Origin: Nitrospirota bacterium
GTDB taxonomy: Bacteria > Nitrospirota > Nitrospiria > Nitrospirales > Nitrospiraceae
DNA length: 64,000 nucleotides
Assembly (NCBI GenBank): GCA_963701855.1
Contig: CAVPBK010000014.1
Coordinates: forward strand, 1-64,000
Direction: 5' to 3'
Of the stretch, positions 9,319-19,985 are shown piece after piece (within the stretch, counting starts at the first letter, position 1; every line of letters begins with the position of its first letter). A model generated the notes under the pieces. The model was given only the letters and a program-made list of their open reading frames with translations, was not told the origin of the DNA and did no database searches. A program made the position numbers and the translations under genes.

Positions 9319-9614
9319 CTGAGAGGATGCGGAAATACACTGTTTGCATGATAAAAATTCGATGGCCCGCGCGAGTGGCACAACTGGAGAACACTCCTGC
9401 AGGATGCTCAAAAAGGCCGTCCAGCAAGGCCGCAGCAAGTGAAGAGCCGAGGAGGCACAAACCGCACTTCGTGTGGGCCGTTCGCCCTTGGAATGAATCT
9501 TGGCGAACGGATAAGCCCCTCTAGTGTTTCCGACCTCCGAGAATCTCATTCGGTACGTTGAGGATCTGAACGATGCGAGAACGCAGCCGGTGGACTTTTT
9601 CAGCATCCTGCTAA
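9319..9614 (+). mobile_element. MITE-like repeat family A, copy 1
   Basis: Internal GCAGGATGCTCAAAAAG, end TTTTTCAGCATCCTGCTA; reverse complement of 19470-19765. Confidence 0.8.
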
Positions 9615-9630
9615 GAAAGAGATCTCACAC

Positions 9631-12600
9631 GTGAAAGTAAGCAGCAAAATTAATCTCGGAGGCTTACTCCATTTCAGGGCCAGCTTCCCTGAAAACGATC
9701 TGGCGGAAAAATACGCCAGTGGCGAGCCACCGCTGCGTTCGGATCTCTTCAGCACCGATCAAATGGAGCAACACGGCAAGATCCTGGCCGGTCTGCATCG
9801 GTTGAGCCCGGAGCAGGCTCCGGACCAGCTTCTGAGCAGGCTGGCGGAGAACGAAGACGTCCTGATCGGAGTCCGCGATCTGTTGGCAGAGGCGGTGAAG
9901 GCGAACCGACGGATTACGCCGGCCGGCGAATGGCTGCTCGATAACTTCTATCTCATCGAAGAGCAGATTCGCATGGCCAAGAGACATTTACCCAAGGGGT
10001 ACAGCCGGGAGCTGCCTCGCCTGCTGAATGGTTCATCGGTTGGGCTTCCGCGCGTGTATGACATCGCGCTCGAAACGATCTCGCACGGCGATGGACGAGT
10101 CGACCCGGGAAGCCTCAGCAGTTTCGTCACCGCGTATCAGACGATCACCGGCCTCACGTTAGGGGAATTATGGGCCATCCCGATCATGCTTCGCCTGGCG
10201 CTCATCGAGAATCTCCGGCGCGCGGCGACACGGATCGCCGCACAGAGAATCGACCGCAATCGCGCCGACTACTGGGCGGATCAGATGATGGACATCGCCG
10301 AGAAGGATCCGAAGAGTGTGGTTCTGGTGATCGCTGACATGGCGCGCTCGAGCCCGCCGATGGCGAGTGCGTTTGTGGCGGAGTTTGCGCGCCGATTGCA
10401 GGGACAGAGCCCAGCATTGGCATTGCCGCTTACCTGGATCGAGCAGCGGCTTTCCGAGTCCGGTCTGACGATCGAGCAGTCGGTACAATCGGAAAACCAA
10501 CAGCAGGCTGTCGACCAGGTCTCCATCAGCAACAGCATCGGCAGTCTCCGATTTCTGGGCGCGATGGACTGGCGCACGTTCGTTGAGGCGATGAGCGTGG
10601 TCGAATGGACGCTGCGTGAGGATCCCGCTGCAGCCTACGGCAAGATGGATTTCTCCACCCGTGATCGCTACCGTCATGTGGTGGAGAAAATGGCGAGGAG
10701 CAGCCGGCTCTCGGAACGCGAAGTCGCGCGCCACGCAATTTATCTGGCGCAGCAGTGTGCAGGCAGGAAAGGCGGCGACGATCGAGAGGCCCATGTCGGC
10801 TTCTACCTGATCGACAAAGGAATGCCGCAACTCGAACGAGCAGCTGAGGTGCGCTTCTCCACATCTGATGCGCTTCAGCGAACGAGCGGCCGGCTTCCGT
10901 TGCTCCTCTATGTCGGCACGATCGTCTTGATGACGGGGATCTTCACCGGTGGCTTACTGGCACAGGGCTATGCTGAGGATGAAGAGGGTTGGTTGCTCGC
11001 ACTGGCCGGTTTCCTGTCCCTGCTCTGCACCAGTCAGCTGGCGGTCGCGCTGGTGAATTGGCTTGCCACAGTGTTGGTGACGCCGCATGCGCTGCCGCGA
11101 ATGGACTTCTCCAAGGGTATCCCCGCGGAATCGAGCGCGCTCGTCGTGGTTCCGACTATGCTGAGCAGTGTAGAGAACATCGAGGCGCTCATCGAGGCGC
11201 TCGAAGTCCGGTTCCTGGCTAATCGAGACGAGCACCTCTACTTCGGCCTGTTGACCGATTTTCGAGATGCGCACGAGGAAACACTTCCGGAGGACGAGCT
11301 TCTTTTGAGGCTGGCTCAGAAGGGGATCGAAGAGCTGAATGGAAAGTACAGAGAAGCGACTCGCGATGCGTTCTTTCTATTTCATCGCCCCCGCCGATGG
11401 AATCCCGAGGAGCGGGTCTGGATGGGGTACGAACGAAAACGGGGCAAGCTTGCAGATTTGAATGCGCTTCTCAGAGGCGGCTCACGCGATCACTTCTCAC
11501 TCATCGTCGGTGAGACGACTGTGCTGTCGGCCGTACAGTACGTGATCACGCTTGACACGGACACACAATTGCCGCGCGATGCAGCGTGGCAGTTTGTGGG
11601 TACAATGGCGCACCCGTTGAACCGTGCGCGGTACGACGAACACAAGCAGCGGGTCTGCGACGGATACGGCATTCTGCAGCCACGCGTTGCCGTGAGCCTG
11701 CCGGGCACGAACCGGTCGCGCTATGCGCGACTCAACGGGAGCGATCCCGGCATCGATCCCTATACGCGCGCCATCTCTGATGTGTACCAGGACTTGTTCG
11801 GTGAAGGCTCGTTTATCGGCAAGGGGATTTATGAGGTGGATGCGTTCGAGCGCGCCCTCGCCGGGCGCTTTCCCGAGAACCGGATTCTCAGCCACGATCT
11901 TCTCGAAGGATGTTACGCGCGGGCGGGGCTGTTGAGCGATGTGCATTTATACGAGGAGTATCCCTCGTGTTACAGCGTCGATGTGAGCCGGAGACACCGC
12001 TGGATCCGCGGGGACTGGCAGCTTGCAGGATGGCTTCTGCCCCGCGTTCCCGGTCCCGGAGCGCAGCGTCAGAAAAATCCGCTCTCCAGGTTGTCTCGAT
12101 GGAAACTCTTCGACAACCTTCGGCGTAGCCTTGTCCCATCTGCGATGACCCTGATGCTGCTGCTGGGCTGGACGGTCTTGTCACCGTTCTGGATGTGGAC
12201 CTTGTCGGTGATCGGAGTCATCCTCATTCCTCCTGTACTTTCCACGATCCTGGATCTGTTTCAGAAGCCGGAGGATGTGCTGCTGAGGCAGCACTTCGTT
12301 GCCGTGCTACGCTCGGCAGGCCGGCACGCCGTTCAGGCGGTGTTCACGGTCGTGTGCCTTCCCTACGAGGCGTTCTTCAGTCTGGATGCGGTTGTGCGCA
12401 CGATCTGGCGGATGTTGATTTCGCATACACGATTGCTCGAATGGAGTCCCTCAAGCGACCCGGGTCGCAATCGCCGCACAGACCTCGTCGGCTACTGTCG
12501 AACGATGTGGATCAGTCCCGTTCTTGCCACTGCCGCCGTGATGTATCTGACCCAGTCTGATCCGAGCGCGTTAGACATGGCGCTGCCCATTCTGGGTCTC

Positions 12601-15600
12601 TGGTTCGCTTCCCCCGCTATCGCATGGTGGATCAGCCGGCCACTTACTCAGCGCGCAGCAAGGCTGACGACCGACCAGACGATCTTTCTCAGAAAGCTGG
12701 CCCGGAAGACCTGGGCATTCTTCGAACAGTTCGTCGGGCCGGACGATCATTGGCTGCCACCGGACAACTATCAGGAGCATCCCGTTGAGAGGGTCGCGCA
12801 TCGCACGTCGCCGACCAATATGGGACTCGCGCTGCTCGCAAATTTGTCCGCGTACGACTTCGGTTATATCTCGGCCGGGCAACTCATCGAACGCACGACG
12901 AATGCGCTCCATACGATGAAAGCATTGGAACGGCACCGGGACCACTTCTACAACTGGTATGACACGCAGTCTCTCAAACCGTTGCTGCCGACCTATGTGT
13001 CGACGGTGGACAGCGGGAACCTTGCGGGTCATCTGCTGACATTGCGTCCAGGTCTGCTTACCCTTCCCGATCAGAAAATTCTTGGGCTGCGATTCTTGGA
13101 TGGACTCAGCGACACACTTCGAGTCCTCGAAGATGCTGCGGAGGAAATCATTCCAGCTCAACTCGCTCAATTTCAGACGTATCTGGAATCCACCTATGAG
13201 TCCCGGCCCACTACGCTCACGGCGGCATGGCTCTGTCTTGACCGGCTGGCAAGATCCGCCGAAGAGGTGCTGGCGAGCTTGAAGGCTACCCCCGAAGGTC
13301 CAGCGACTTGGTGGGCGCGCGCACTTGCCCGGCAATGCCGGAGCGTCCTCGATGATCTCATGCACCTCGCTCCGTGGGTATTGCTGCCCGACTCACAGAA
13401 TAGGCTTAGAGAGTTCGACCATCTTGACAAGATTCTTACGCTGCGTGAATTGGCAGGGCTTGACATGACATATCTGCCGGAAATCGAGCATCGGTTGGCC
13501 GCAGAGGCGGCGCCCGGGGCGAGTACATGGGTTGGTGACCTTCAAGAACTCATTGTGAAGGCAAGCCAGCGAGCCAGAGAACGAATCGCGACCGTCGAAG
13601 GACTGGCACGTCAATCAAGTCGCTTGGCCGAGATGGAATATGATTTCCTGTTCGACAAGGGCTGTCATCTGTTGGCGATCGGCTTCAACGTCGGCGAGCG
13701 CCGGCGGGATTCGAGTTACTACGATCTGCTGGCTTCGGAAGCGAGATTGTGTTGTTTCGTGGCGATTGCACAGGGGCAACTGCCGCAAGAAAGCTGGTTT
13801 GCGCTCGGGCGCCTCCTCACGACCGCCGGTGGCGGACCGGTACTCATCTCGTGGAGCGGGTCGATGTTCGAGTATCTCATGCCGCTGTTGGTGATGCCGA
13901 CATACGACAACACGCTGCTCGACCAAACCTGCAAGACGGCGGTGGAGAGGCAGATCGAGTATGGAAGGCAGCGCGGCGTCCCGTGGGGCGTTTCGGAATC
14001 CGGCTACAACACCATCGACGTACATCTTAACTATCAATACCGCGCGTTCGGCGTGCCCGGCCTGGGACTCAAACGTGGGCTTGCCGATGATGTGGTCATC
14101 GCGCCTTACGCCTCGGCGCTCGCGCTGATGGTGGCGCCCGAGGAGGCGTGCTCGAATCTGCAGCGGCTCGCAGCGGCGGGGCTCGAAGGACCGTTCGGTT
14201 TATATGAAGCGATCGATTATACGCCTTCCCGTCTTCCGCGTGGACAATCGAGTGCAGTGGTTCAGTCCTATATGGCTCATCACCAGGGCATGAGCCTTTT
14301 GTCTCTGGCCTATCTGCTCCTGGACCGACCGATGCAGAAACGATTCGAGTCGGATCCCTTGTTCCAGGCCACCACGCTGTTGCTCCAGGAACGGATTCCA
14401 AAGGCCACGGCATTCTACTCGCACAGCGCCGAGCTGTCAGACATCCAGACGACTGCCGATGGATGGGAGACGCCGGTGCGCCGGTTCAACAGCCCTCACA
14501 CGCCGGTTCCGGAAGTGCAGTTGTTGTCGAACGGTCGATATCACGTGATGATCACGAACGCGGGGGGTGGGTACAGCCGTTGGAAGGATCTCGCCGTCAC
14601 ACGCTGGCGCGAAGACAGTACTTGCGACAACTGGGGCACGTTCTGTTACCTCCGCGACGTGACGAGCGGGGAGTTTTGGTCCACGGCCTATCAGCCGACG
14701 CTCAAGCAATCGAAAAATTACGAAGTCATTTTTTCTGAGGGGCGGGCTGAGTTTCGCCGCCGAGAACAGAATATCGAGACGCATACCGAAATCGTGGTGT
14801 CGCCGGAAGATGACATCGAACTGCGTCGAATCCGCATCACCAACGGCTCGCGGACCAGCCGGACGATCGAGATCACGAGTTATGCGGAAGTCGTACTCGC
14901 ATCGTCCGCCGCGGACGCGCTGCATCCGGCGTTCAGCAATCTCTTTGTTCAGACCGAGATCATCCGCGACCGGCACGCGATCCTCTGCACGCGCCGGCCC
15001 CGCTCCCTCGACGAGCACTCGCCGTGGATGTGTCATCTCATGGCTGTGCATGGAGCACACATCGGAATGATGTCCTATGAGACGAACCGCCTACAGTTCA
15101 TTGGCCGTGGTCGCACTTCCGCTGATCCACAAGCCATGAGTCATTCCGCGGCGCTTTCGGGCAGCGAAGGCTCTGTGCTCGATCCGATTGTCGCCATCAG
15201 GTGTCGAATCACGCTCGATCCGGAAGAATCGGCCACGATTGATATGGTGTCCGGCATCGGCGACACCCGCGACGTCTGCCTGGGACTGATCGAGAAATAC
15301 CACGATCGGCGCCTCGCCGATCGTGTCTTCGATTTGGCGTGGACCCATAACCAGGTGGTCATGCGGCAGTTGAATACCACCGAAGCCGATGCACAACTCT
15401 ATGGCCGACTGGCCAATTCTGTTCTCTACGCGAATTCTTCTCTGCGGGCTGACCCCGGCGATCTGATCAAGAACCGCCGTGGGCAATCCGGGCTCTGGGG
15501 CTATGCGATCTCAGGCGACTTGCCGATCGTGCTGCTGCAGATCGGAGATCCGGCCAATATCGATCTAGTGCGCCAGCTTGTACAGGCCCACGCGTATTGG

Positions 15601-18360
15601 CGCTCCAAGGGGTTGGCTGTGGACCTGGTGATCTGGAACGAAGATCACGCCGGGTACCGGCAACTACTCCACGAACAAATCATGGGGCTGATTGCCGCGG
15701 GCCTCGAAGCACACGTGATGGATCGACCGGGCGGAATCTTCGTCCGTCCTATTGACCAAATATCGAACGAGGACCGCATTCTACTCCAATCGGTCGCTCG
15801 CGCCATTCTCACCGACAGGCGGGGATCGCTGGCGGACCAGATCACCCGTCGTGGCCATGCGGACATCACTGTGCCGCGCCTGACTCCAACCCGAACGCGC
15901 CGCGCTGAGCCATTGCCATCCGTTGCGGTACCGCGCACCGATCTCATCTTTTTCAATGGGCTGGGAGGATTCACGCCTGATGGCCGCGAGTATGTCATTA
16001 CGACTTCGCACGGGCATGTGACGCCGGCACCGTGGGTCAATGTCCTGGCGAATCCGAACTTTGGCACCGTCATCTCAGAGAACGGCCAGGCCTATACCTG
16101 GAGTGAGAACGCCCACGAATTCCGTCTCACTCCGTGGCACAACGACCCGGTGAGCGATGCGAGCGGAGAAGGCTTGTATCTCCGCGACGAAGAGCGGGGC
16201 CACTACTGGTCCCCCACGCCGTTGCCCAGCCGCGGGGCGACACCGTACGTTAGTCGGCACGGCTTCGGCTATAGCGTCTTTGAGCATACGGAGCGCGGCA
16301 TCCGCTCAGAGCTGTGGGTGTACGTGGCACTGGATGCACCGATGAAGTTCATGGTGCTCAAGGTACGGAATGAGTCAGGCCGATCGCGCAAGCTATCCGC
16401 GACGGGTTATGTGGAATGGGTGCTGGGAGATCTACGGCCAAAATCAGTGATGCATGTCGTGACCGAACTGGACCCCAAAAGCGGCGTCCTTTTCGCGCGA
16501 AATCCCTATCATACGGAGTTCGCCGGCCGGACTGCCTTCTTTGACGTGGACGAGAAGACTCGGAGCGTCAGTGGCGACCGGACGGAATTTATTGGACGCA
16601 ATGGCACGCTTCGCAGTCCGGCTGCGATGGCCCGGGTGCGTCTGTCGGGCAAAGTGGGGGCCGGACTCGATCCCTGCGGCGCAATCCACGTTCCATTCGA
16701 GCTGGCCGCTGGGCAAGAGCGCGAGATCATCTTCAGGCTGGGGGTTGGGCGGGACGTCGAAGATGCCAGGAACCTGGTGCGCCGCTTTCGTGGACCTGCC
16801 TCGGCGCGCGAGGCGCTCGAGATGGTCTGGCAGTACTGGAAGCACACACTTGGCGCTGTGCATGTGGAGACGCCGGACCAATCTCTCAACGTACTAACGA
16901 ACGGCTGGCTCTTGTATCAAACGCTCGCGTGCCGTCTGTGGGCGCGGAGCGGATACTATCAATCGGGGGGGGCCTTCGGTTTCCGCGACCAACTTCAAGA
17001 TTCGATGGCGCTCATCCACAGCGAGCCGCAGCTTGTGCGCAAGCACCTCCTGCTCTGTGCAGCGCGGCAGTTTCAGGAAGGCGATGTCCAGCACTGGTGG
17101 CATCCCCCTGCAGGACGAGGCGTGCGTACGCGCTGTTCGGATGATTACCTTTGGCTGCCCCTGGCGACAAGCCGCTACGTGCTGAGCACAGGGGACAGTG
17201 GGGTCTTGGATGAACCCATCCACTTCGTCGAGGGCCGCCCGGTCAATCAGGAGGAGGACTCGTATTACGATTTACCGGGCCGGTCTGAAAAAGGGGCCAG
17301 TGTGTATGAACACTGTGTGCGAGCCATTCTGAAGGGCCTCACACGCGGGGAGCACGGCCTGCCACTCATCGGCTCCGGCGACTGGAACGATGGGATGGAC
17401 ATGGTCGGCAAACAGGGCAGAGGCGAGAGCATCTGGTTGGGATTTTTCCTGTATGACGTGCTCATGCAGTTCACGAAGGTCGCGCGCCTGCGTGGTGATC
17501 TGTCCTTCGCTGAACGTTGCCAGAACGAAGCGGCGCAATTGCGCCAGAATATCGAACAGCATGGCTGGGATGGAGATTGGTATCGCCGCGCTTACTTTGA
17601 CGATGGCTCGCCCCTTGGGTCGGCAAGTAATCCCGAATGCCAGATCGATTCGATTGCGCAAAGCTGGTCGGTGCTCTCCGGGGCGGGGGATGCCTCGCGC
17701 TCACGCATGGCTATGGACGCGCTCGATCGGCGTCTCGTTCGCCGGGACCATGCATTAATCCAACTGCTGGATCCGCCGTTCGACAAGTCTAATTTGAATC
17801 CTGGCTATATCAAAGGGTACGTTCCTGGGGTGCGAGAGAATGGAGGGCAGTATACGCATGCGGCAATCTGGGCGGCGATGGCGTTCGCCGCCTTGGGAGA
17901 CAGACGGCGCGCGTGGGAGTTGTTGGCCATGATCAATCCGGTCAACCATGCGAGATCTCCGGAGGGGACCGCGACCTACAAGGTGGAACCGTACGTGGTC
18001 GCGGCCGATGTCTACGCGGTTTCTCCGCACACCGGCCGTGGTGGATGGACGTGGTACACAGGCTCGGCAGGCTGGATGTACCGGCTTATCGTCGAATCAC
18101 TCCTCGGATTGAGGCTGGAAGTAGACACATTGCGTTTCGCTCCGTGTCTCCCTGAGGATTGGAAGGGGTTCACAGTGCACTATCGATACCGGGAAACGCT
18201 CTATCATATCACCGTTCTGCAAACGCGTGCCGGAAATGGTGATACGAATGTGACTGTCGATGGCATCGAGCAGCACGATGAGGCTATTTCCCTTGTGGAC
18301 GACCATCAGGAACACTCGGTTGAGGTGCATGTACGGCTCGTCGTACCCAACTTAGAGTAA
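9631..18360 (+). CDS. ndvB: Cyclic beta-1,2-glucan synthase (Cgs/NdvB/ChvB type) with C-terminal GH94 phosphorylase region
   Basis: 2909 aa; WMGYERKRGK, ITLDTDT, ILSHDLLEG, RHRWIRGDWQ, TM block, SWSGSMFEY, GAFGFRDQLQD, GDWNDG, RENGGQYTH, WYTGSAGW. Confidence 0.93.
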   Translation: MKVSSKINLGGLLHFRASFPENDLAEKYASGEPPLRSDLFSTDQMEQHGKILAGLHRLSPEQAPDQLLSRLAENEDVLIGVRDLLAEAVKANRRITPAGEWLLDNFYLIEEQIRMAKRHLPKGYSRELPRLLNGSSVGLPRVYDIALETISHGDGRVDPGSLSSFVTAYQTITGLTLGELWAIPIMLRLALIENLRRAATRIAAQRIDRNRADYWADQMMDIAEKDPKSVVLVIADMARSSPPMASAFVAEFARRLQGQSPALALPLTWIEQRLSESGLTIEQSVQSENQQQAVDQVSISNSIGSLRFLGAMDWRTFVEAMSVVEWTLREDPAAAYGKMDFSTRDRYRHVVEKMARSSRLSEREVARHAIYLAQQCAGRKGGDDREAHVGFYLIDKGMPQLERAAEVRFSTSDALQRTSGRLPLLLYVGTIVLMTGIFTGGLLAQGYAEDEEGWLLALAGFLSLLCTSQLAVALVNWLATVLVTPHALPRMDFSKGIPAESSALVVVPTMLSSVENIEALIEALEVRFLANRDEHLYFGLLTDFRDAHEETLPEDELLLRLAQKGIEELNGKYREATRDAFFLFHRPRRWNPEERVWMGYERKRGKLADLNALLRGGSRDHFSLIVGETTVLSAVQYVITLDTDTQLPRDAAWQFVGTMAHPLNRARYDEHKQRVCDGYGILQPRVAVSLPGTNRSRYARLNGSDPGIDPYTRAISDVYQDLFGEGSFIGKGIYEVDAFERALAGRFPENRILSHDLLEGCYARAGLLSDVHLYEEYPSCYSVDVSRRHRWIRGDWQLAGWLLPRVPGPGAQRQKNPLSRLSRWKLFDNLRRSLVPSAMTLMLLLGWTVLSPFWMWTLSVIGVILIPPVLSTILDLFQKPEDVLLRQHFVAVLRSAGRHAVQAVFTVVCLPYEAFFSLDAVVRTIWRMLISHTRLLEWSPSSDPGRNRRTDLVGYCRTMWISPVLATAAVMYLTQSDPSALDMALPILGLWFASPAIAWWISRPLTQRAARLTTDQTIFLRKLARKTWAFFEQFVGPDDHWLPPDNYQEHPVERVAHRTSPTNMGLALLANLSAYDFGYISAGQLIERTTNALHTMKALERHRDHFYNWYDTQSLKPLLPTYVSTVDSGNLAGHLLTLRPGLLTLPDQKILGLRFLDGLSDTLRVLEDAAEEIIPAQLAQFQTYLESTYESRPTTLTAAWLCLDRLARSAEEVLASLKATPEGPATWWARALARQCRSVLDDLMHLAPWVLLPDSQNRLREFDHLDKILTLRELAGLDMTYLPEIEHRLAAEAAPGASTWVGDLQELIVKASQRARERIATVEGLARQSSRLAEMEYDFLFDKGCHLLAIGFNVGERRRDSSYYDLLASEARLCCFVAIAQGQLPQESWFALGRLLTTAGGGPVLISWSGSMFEYLMPLLVMPTYDNTLLDQTCKTAVERQIEYGRQRGVPWGVSESGYNTIDVHLNYQYRAFGVPGLGLKRGLADDVVIAPYASALALMVAPEEACSNLQRLAAAGLEGPFGLYEAIDYTPSRLPRGQSSAVVQSYMAHHQGMSLLSLAYLLLDRPMQKRFESDPLFQATTLLLQERIPKATAFYSHSAELSDIQTTADGWETPVRRFNSPHTPVPEVQLLSNGRYHVMITNAGGGYSRWKDLAVTRWREDSTCDNWGTFCYLRDVTSGEFWSTAYQPTLKQSKNYEVIFSEGRAEFRRREQNIETHTEIVVSPEDDIELRRIRITNGSRTSRTIEITSYAEVVLASSAADALHPAFSNLFVQTEIIRDRHAILCTRRPRSLDEHSPWMCHLMAVHGAHIGMMSYETNRLQFIGRGRTSADPQAMSHSAALSGSEGSVLDPIVAIRCRITLDPEESATIDMVSGIGDTRDVCLGLIEKYHDRRLADRVFDLAWTHNQVVMRQLNTTEADAQLYGRLANSVLYANSSLRADPGDLIKNRRGQSGLWGYAISGDLPIVLLQIGDPANIDLVRQLVQAHAYWRSKGLAVDLVIWNEDHAGYRQLLHEQIMGLIAAGLEAHVMDRPGGIFVRPIDQISNEDRILLQSVARAILTDRRGSLADQITRRGHADITVPRLTPTRTRRAEPLPSVAVPRTDLIFFNGLGGFTPDGREYVITTSHGHVTPAPWVNVLANPNFGTVISENGQAYTWSENAHEFRLTPWHNDPVSDASGEGLYLRDEERGHYWSPTPLPSRGATPYVSRHGFGYSVFEHTERGIRSELWVYVALDAPMKFMVLKVRNESGRSRKLSATGYVEWVLGDLRPKSVMHVVTELDPKSGVLFARNPYHTEFAGRTAFFDVDEKTRSVSGDRTEFIGRNGTLRSPAAMARVRLSGKVGAGLDPCGAIHVPFELAAGQEREIIFRLGVGRDVEDARNLVRRFRGPASAREALEMVWQYWKHTLGAVHVETPDQSLNVLTNGWLLYQTLACRLWARSGYYQSGGAFGFRDQLQDSMALIHSEPQLVRKHLLLCAARQFQEGDVQHWWHPPAGRGVRTRCSDDYLWLPLATSRYVLSTGDSGVLDEPIHFVEGRPVNQEEDSYYDLPGRSEKGASVYEHCVRAILKGLTRGEHGLPLIGSGDWNDGMDMVGKQGRGESIWLGFFLYDVLMQFTKVARLRGDLSFAERCQNEAAQLRQNIEQHGWDGDWYRRAYFDDGSPLGSASNPECQIDSIAQSWSVLSGAGDASRSRMAMDALDRRLVRRDHALIQLLDPPFDKSNLNPGYIKGYVPGVRENGGQYTHAAIWAAMAFAALGDRRRAWELLAMINPVNHARSPEGTATYKVEPYVVAADVYAVSPHTGRGGWTWYTGSAGWMYRLIVESLLGLRLEVDTLRFAPCLPEDWKGFTVHYRYRETLYHITVLQTRAGNGDTNVTVDGIEQHDEAISLVDDHQEHSVEVHVRLVVPNLE

Positions 18361-18728
18361 TTGCGTACGAGAAAATAGAAAAAATCTGTGCGGTGGACTT
18401 AAATCTCTATTTGAATGAGAACCAGCAGAATTATCGAAGTATTCGGGACGCGCATAATACCGCTTGACCAAGCTCTCCATGGCGTCTAGCATAGGGCGGT
18501 GCTGTATTGAGCCTCGCTGACTGTCCCATCCCTCGCGCTTCTTGATTTCTTCCTGCGCGTTTGATTTCTCAGTCTCCGCCGCTCTTATGCCAGAGCGTTT
18601 CTGAAGTGCTGAAATCATTGGGTGTGACCACCAGGACGGAAGCGGATCGGTTCCTTGAGGACACATGAGTTCGCAGATACACGGCAGACTTCTCGGTACA
18701 GACCCTCAACCTATGAAGGAATAACGAA

Positions 18729-18923
18729 ATGACACCGGAAGAACAAATCACGAAGATGAAGAAAGCGATCACGCAGGCCATTAAGGTGATGGGAGACCGG
18801 TTTGGATCGACGGAAGCAGATGTTGAGAGGGCTATGAATGAGCTGAAGGCGTCCATGCAGACGGCGCCATCCGTAACGGCTCAACCTCCCCAGAGCACGG
18901 CAGCCGTGGCTGCTGGGGTGTAG
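18729..18923 (+). CDS. Small hypothetical protein
   Basis: GAAGGA RBS, helical protein-like composition. Confidence 0.5.
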   Translation: MTPEEQITKMKKAITQAIKVMGDRFGSTEADVERAMNELKASMQTAPSVTAQPPQSTAAVAAGV

Positions 18924-19011
18924 CGACGCGAGTCGACCGTTGGCGGTTTTTTTCGGCATCCTGCCAGGATGCTGCTCACGTCATGGGTAATCAGCATCAA
19001 GAGAGGATAGT

Positions 19012-19230
19012 ATGAAGAACACCACGCAAGTCTATGTACTGACGCTAAATGCACCGTCAAGAAAAACGGTTCGACTCTGGACCGGAGCGAGCATCCATTC
19101 GTTACGGCATTGCTCCAGCAAGAAGATTGATCGCACGCTGGCGGAGATGCAGCAGCATGTGGATGATTTGCAGCGCGCGATCAGCGTATTGGCGACGGGC
19201 GGATCATATTCCATCAATCGCTCTCGATAA
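19012..19230 (+). CDS. Small hypothetical protein
   Basis: GAGGA RBS; coiled-coil-like C-terminus. Confidence 0.35.
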   Translation: MKNTTQVYVLTLNAPSRKTVRLWTGASIHSLRHCSSKKIDRTLAEMQQHVDDLQRAISVLATGGSYSINRSR

Positions 19231-19278
19231 TGTGTCACTGCCGGCGGAATGTACTCACTGAAACAGAGGACAGCCATC

Positions 19279-19473
19279 ATGCCGGACGAAGTAGAAAATA
19301 AGAAAGTTCATGCCGCGGCTAAGCCGGCCAGCGCTCCATCACGGAAACCGGCCGATGGCGATCTCACGTGCAGCGAATCCCAAATTGAGGACATTCTTTC
19401 TGAGGGTGAGTCCAGCAGGCCAATGAGCAAGGGCGACAAGGGCTTGCATCCGAAACGCCAGCCGAAGTCCTAG
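19279..19473 (+). CDS. Small hydrophilic hypothetical protein
   Basis: GAGGA RBS before MPDEVE; stop TAG coincides with MITE end. Confidence 0.4.
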   Translation: MPDEVENKKVHAAAKPASAPSRKPADGDLTCSESQIEDILSEGESSRPMSKGDKGLHPKRQPKS

Positions 19474-19765
19474 CAGGATGCTGAAAAAGCCCGCCAGCGT
19501 CGTTCTCGCTTCGCTCAGAGGCTCAACGTACTGAATGAGATTCTCGGAGGTCGGAAACACTAGAGAAGCTTATCCGTTCGCCAAGATTCATTCCAAGGGC
19601 GAACGGCCCACACGAAGTGCGGTTTGTACCTCCTCGCCTCTTGCTCGCTGCGGCCTTGCTGAATGGCCTTTTTGAACATCCTGCGCAGTGTTCTTCTGTT
19701 GTTCTAGCCCTGTGAGGACCAGTGAAGCCCCAGCGTGCCTAGAGAATATTTCCGCAGCCTGCTAG
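19470..19765 (-). mobile_element. MITE-like repeat family A, copy 2
   Basis: CTAG-CAGGATGCTGAAAAA ... TTTCCGCAGCCTG-CTAG; CTAG at both ends. Confidence 0.85.
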
Positions 19766-19985
19766 CGGTATGATGTCCAGGGTAAGGTCGGCGTGTTCTT
19801 TTCTGTCGTGTCGAATCTGTGGTATCGCCTGTTCCTTTGTCCCACAGCAGAGTCGTGCGACTAGAATCCTGCCTGGTCCGTCGCACTGCCCACCATGTTC
19901 ACAAGGGATGTTTCGCGAGTCAGCTTGTGTCCTTGGCAGGGCGGAGGAGTACGCTGTGCCGAGAGTGCAACAGGGAATCAGCCAT

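Noticed and set aside
9149..9606. ORFs of 74-119 aa over the MITE, and similar ones at 19339-19560 and 20756-20959
   Set aside because: They arise from repeat sequence and show no transposase motifs.
9664..18330. Many antisense and alternate-frame ORFs within cgs and the core genes
   Set aside because: Shadow ORFs expected from GC-rich codon usage.
18352..18666. 104-aa minus-strand ORF after cgs
   Set aside because: No clear RBS or motif; overlaps the cgs stop.
19770..19985. N-terminal extensions in the ORF track (methyltransferase; likewise PagL-like, cdsA, folB, 51457 gene)
   Set aside because: Downstream starts fit domain boundaries better; extensions look non-coding or overlap neighbours.
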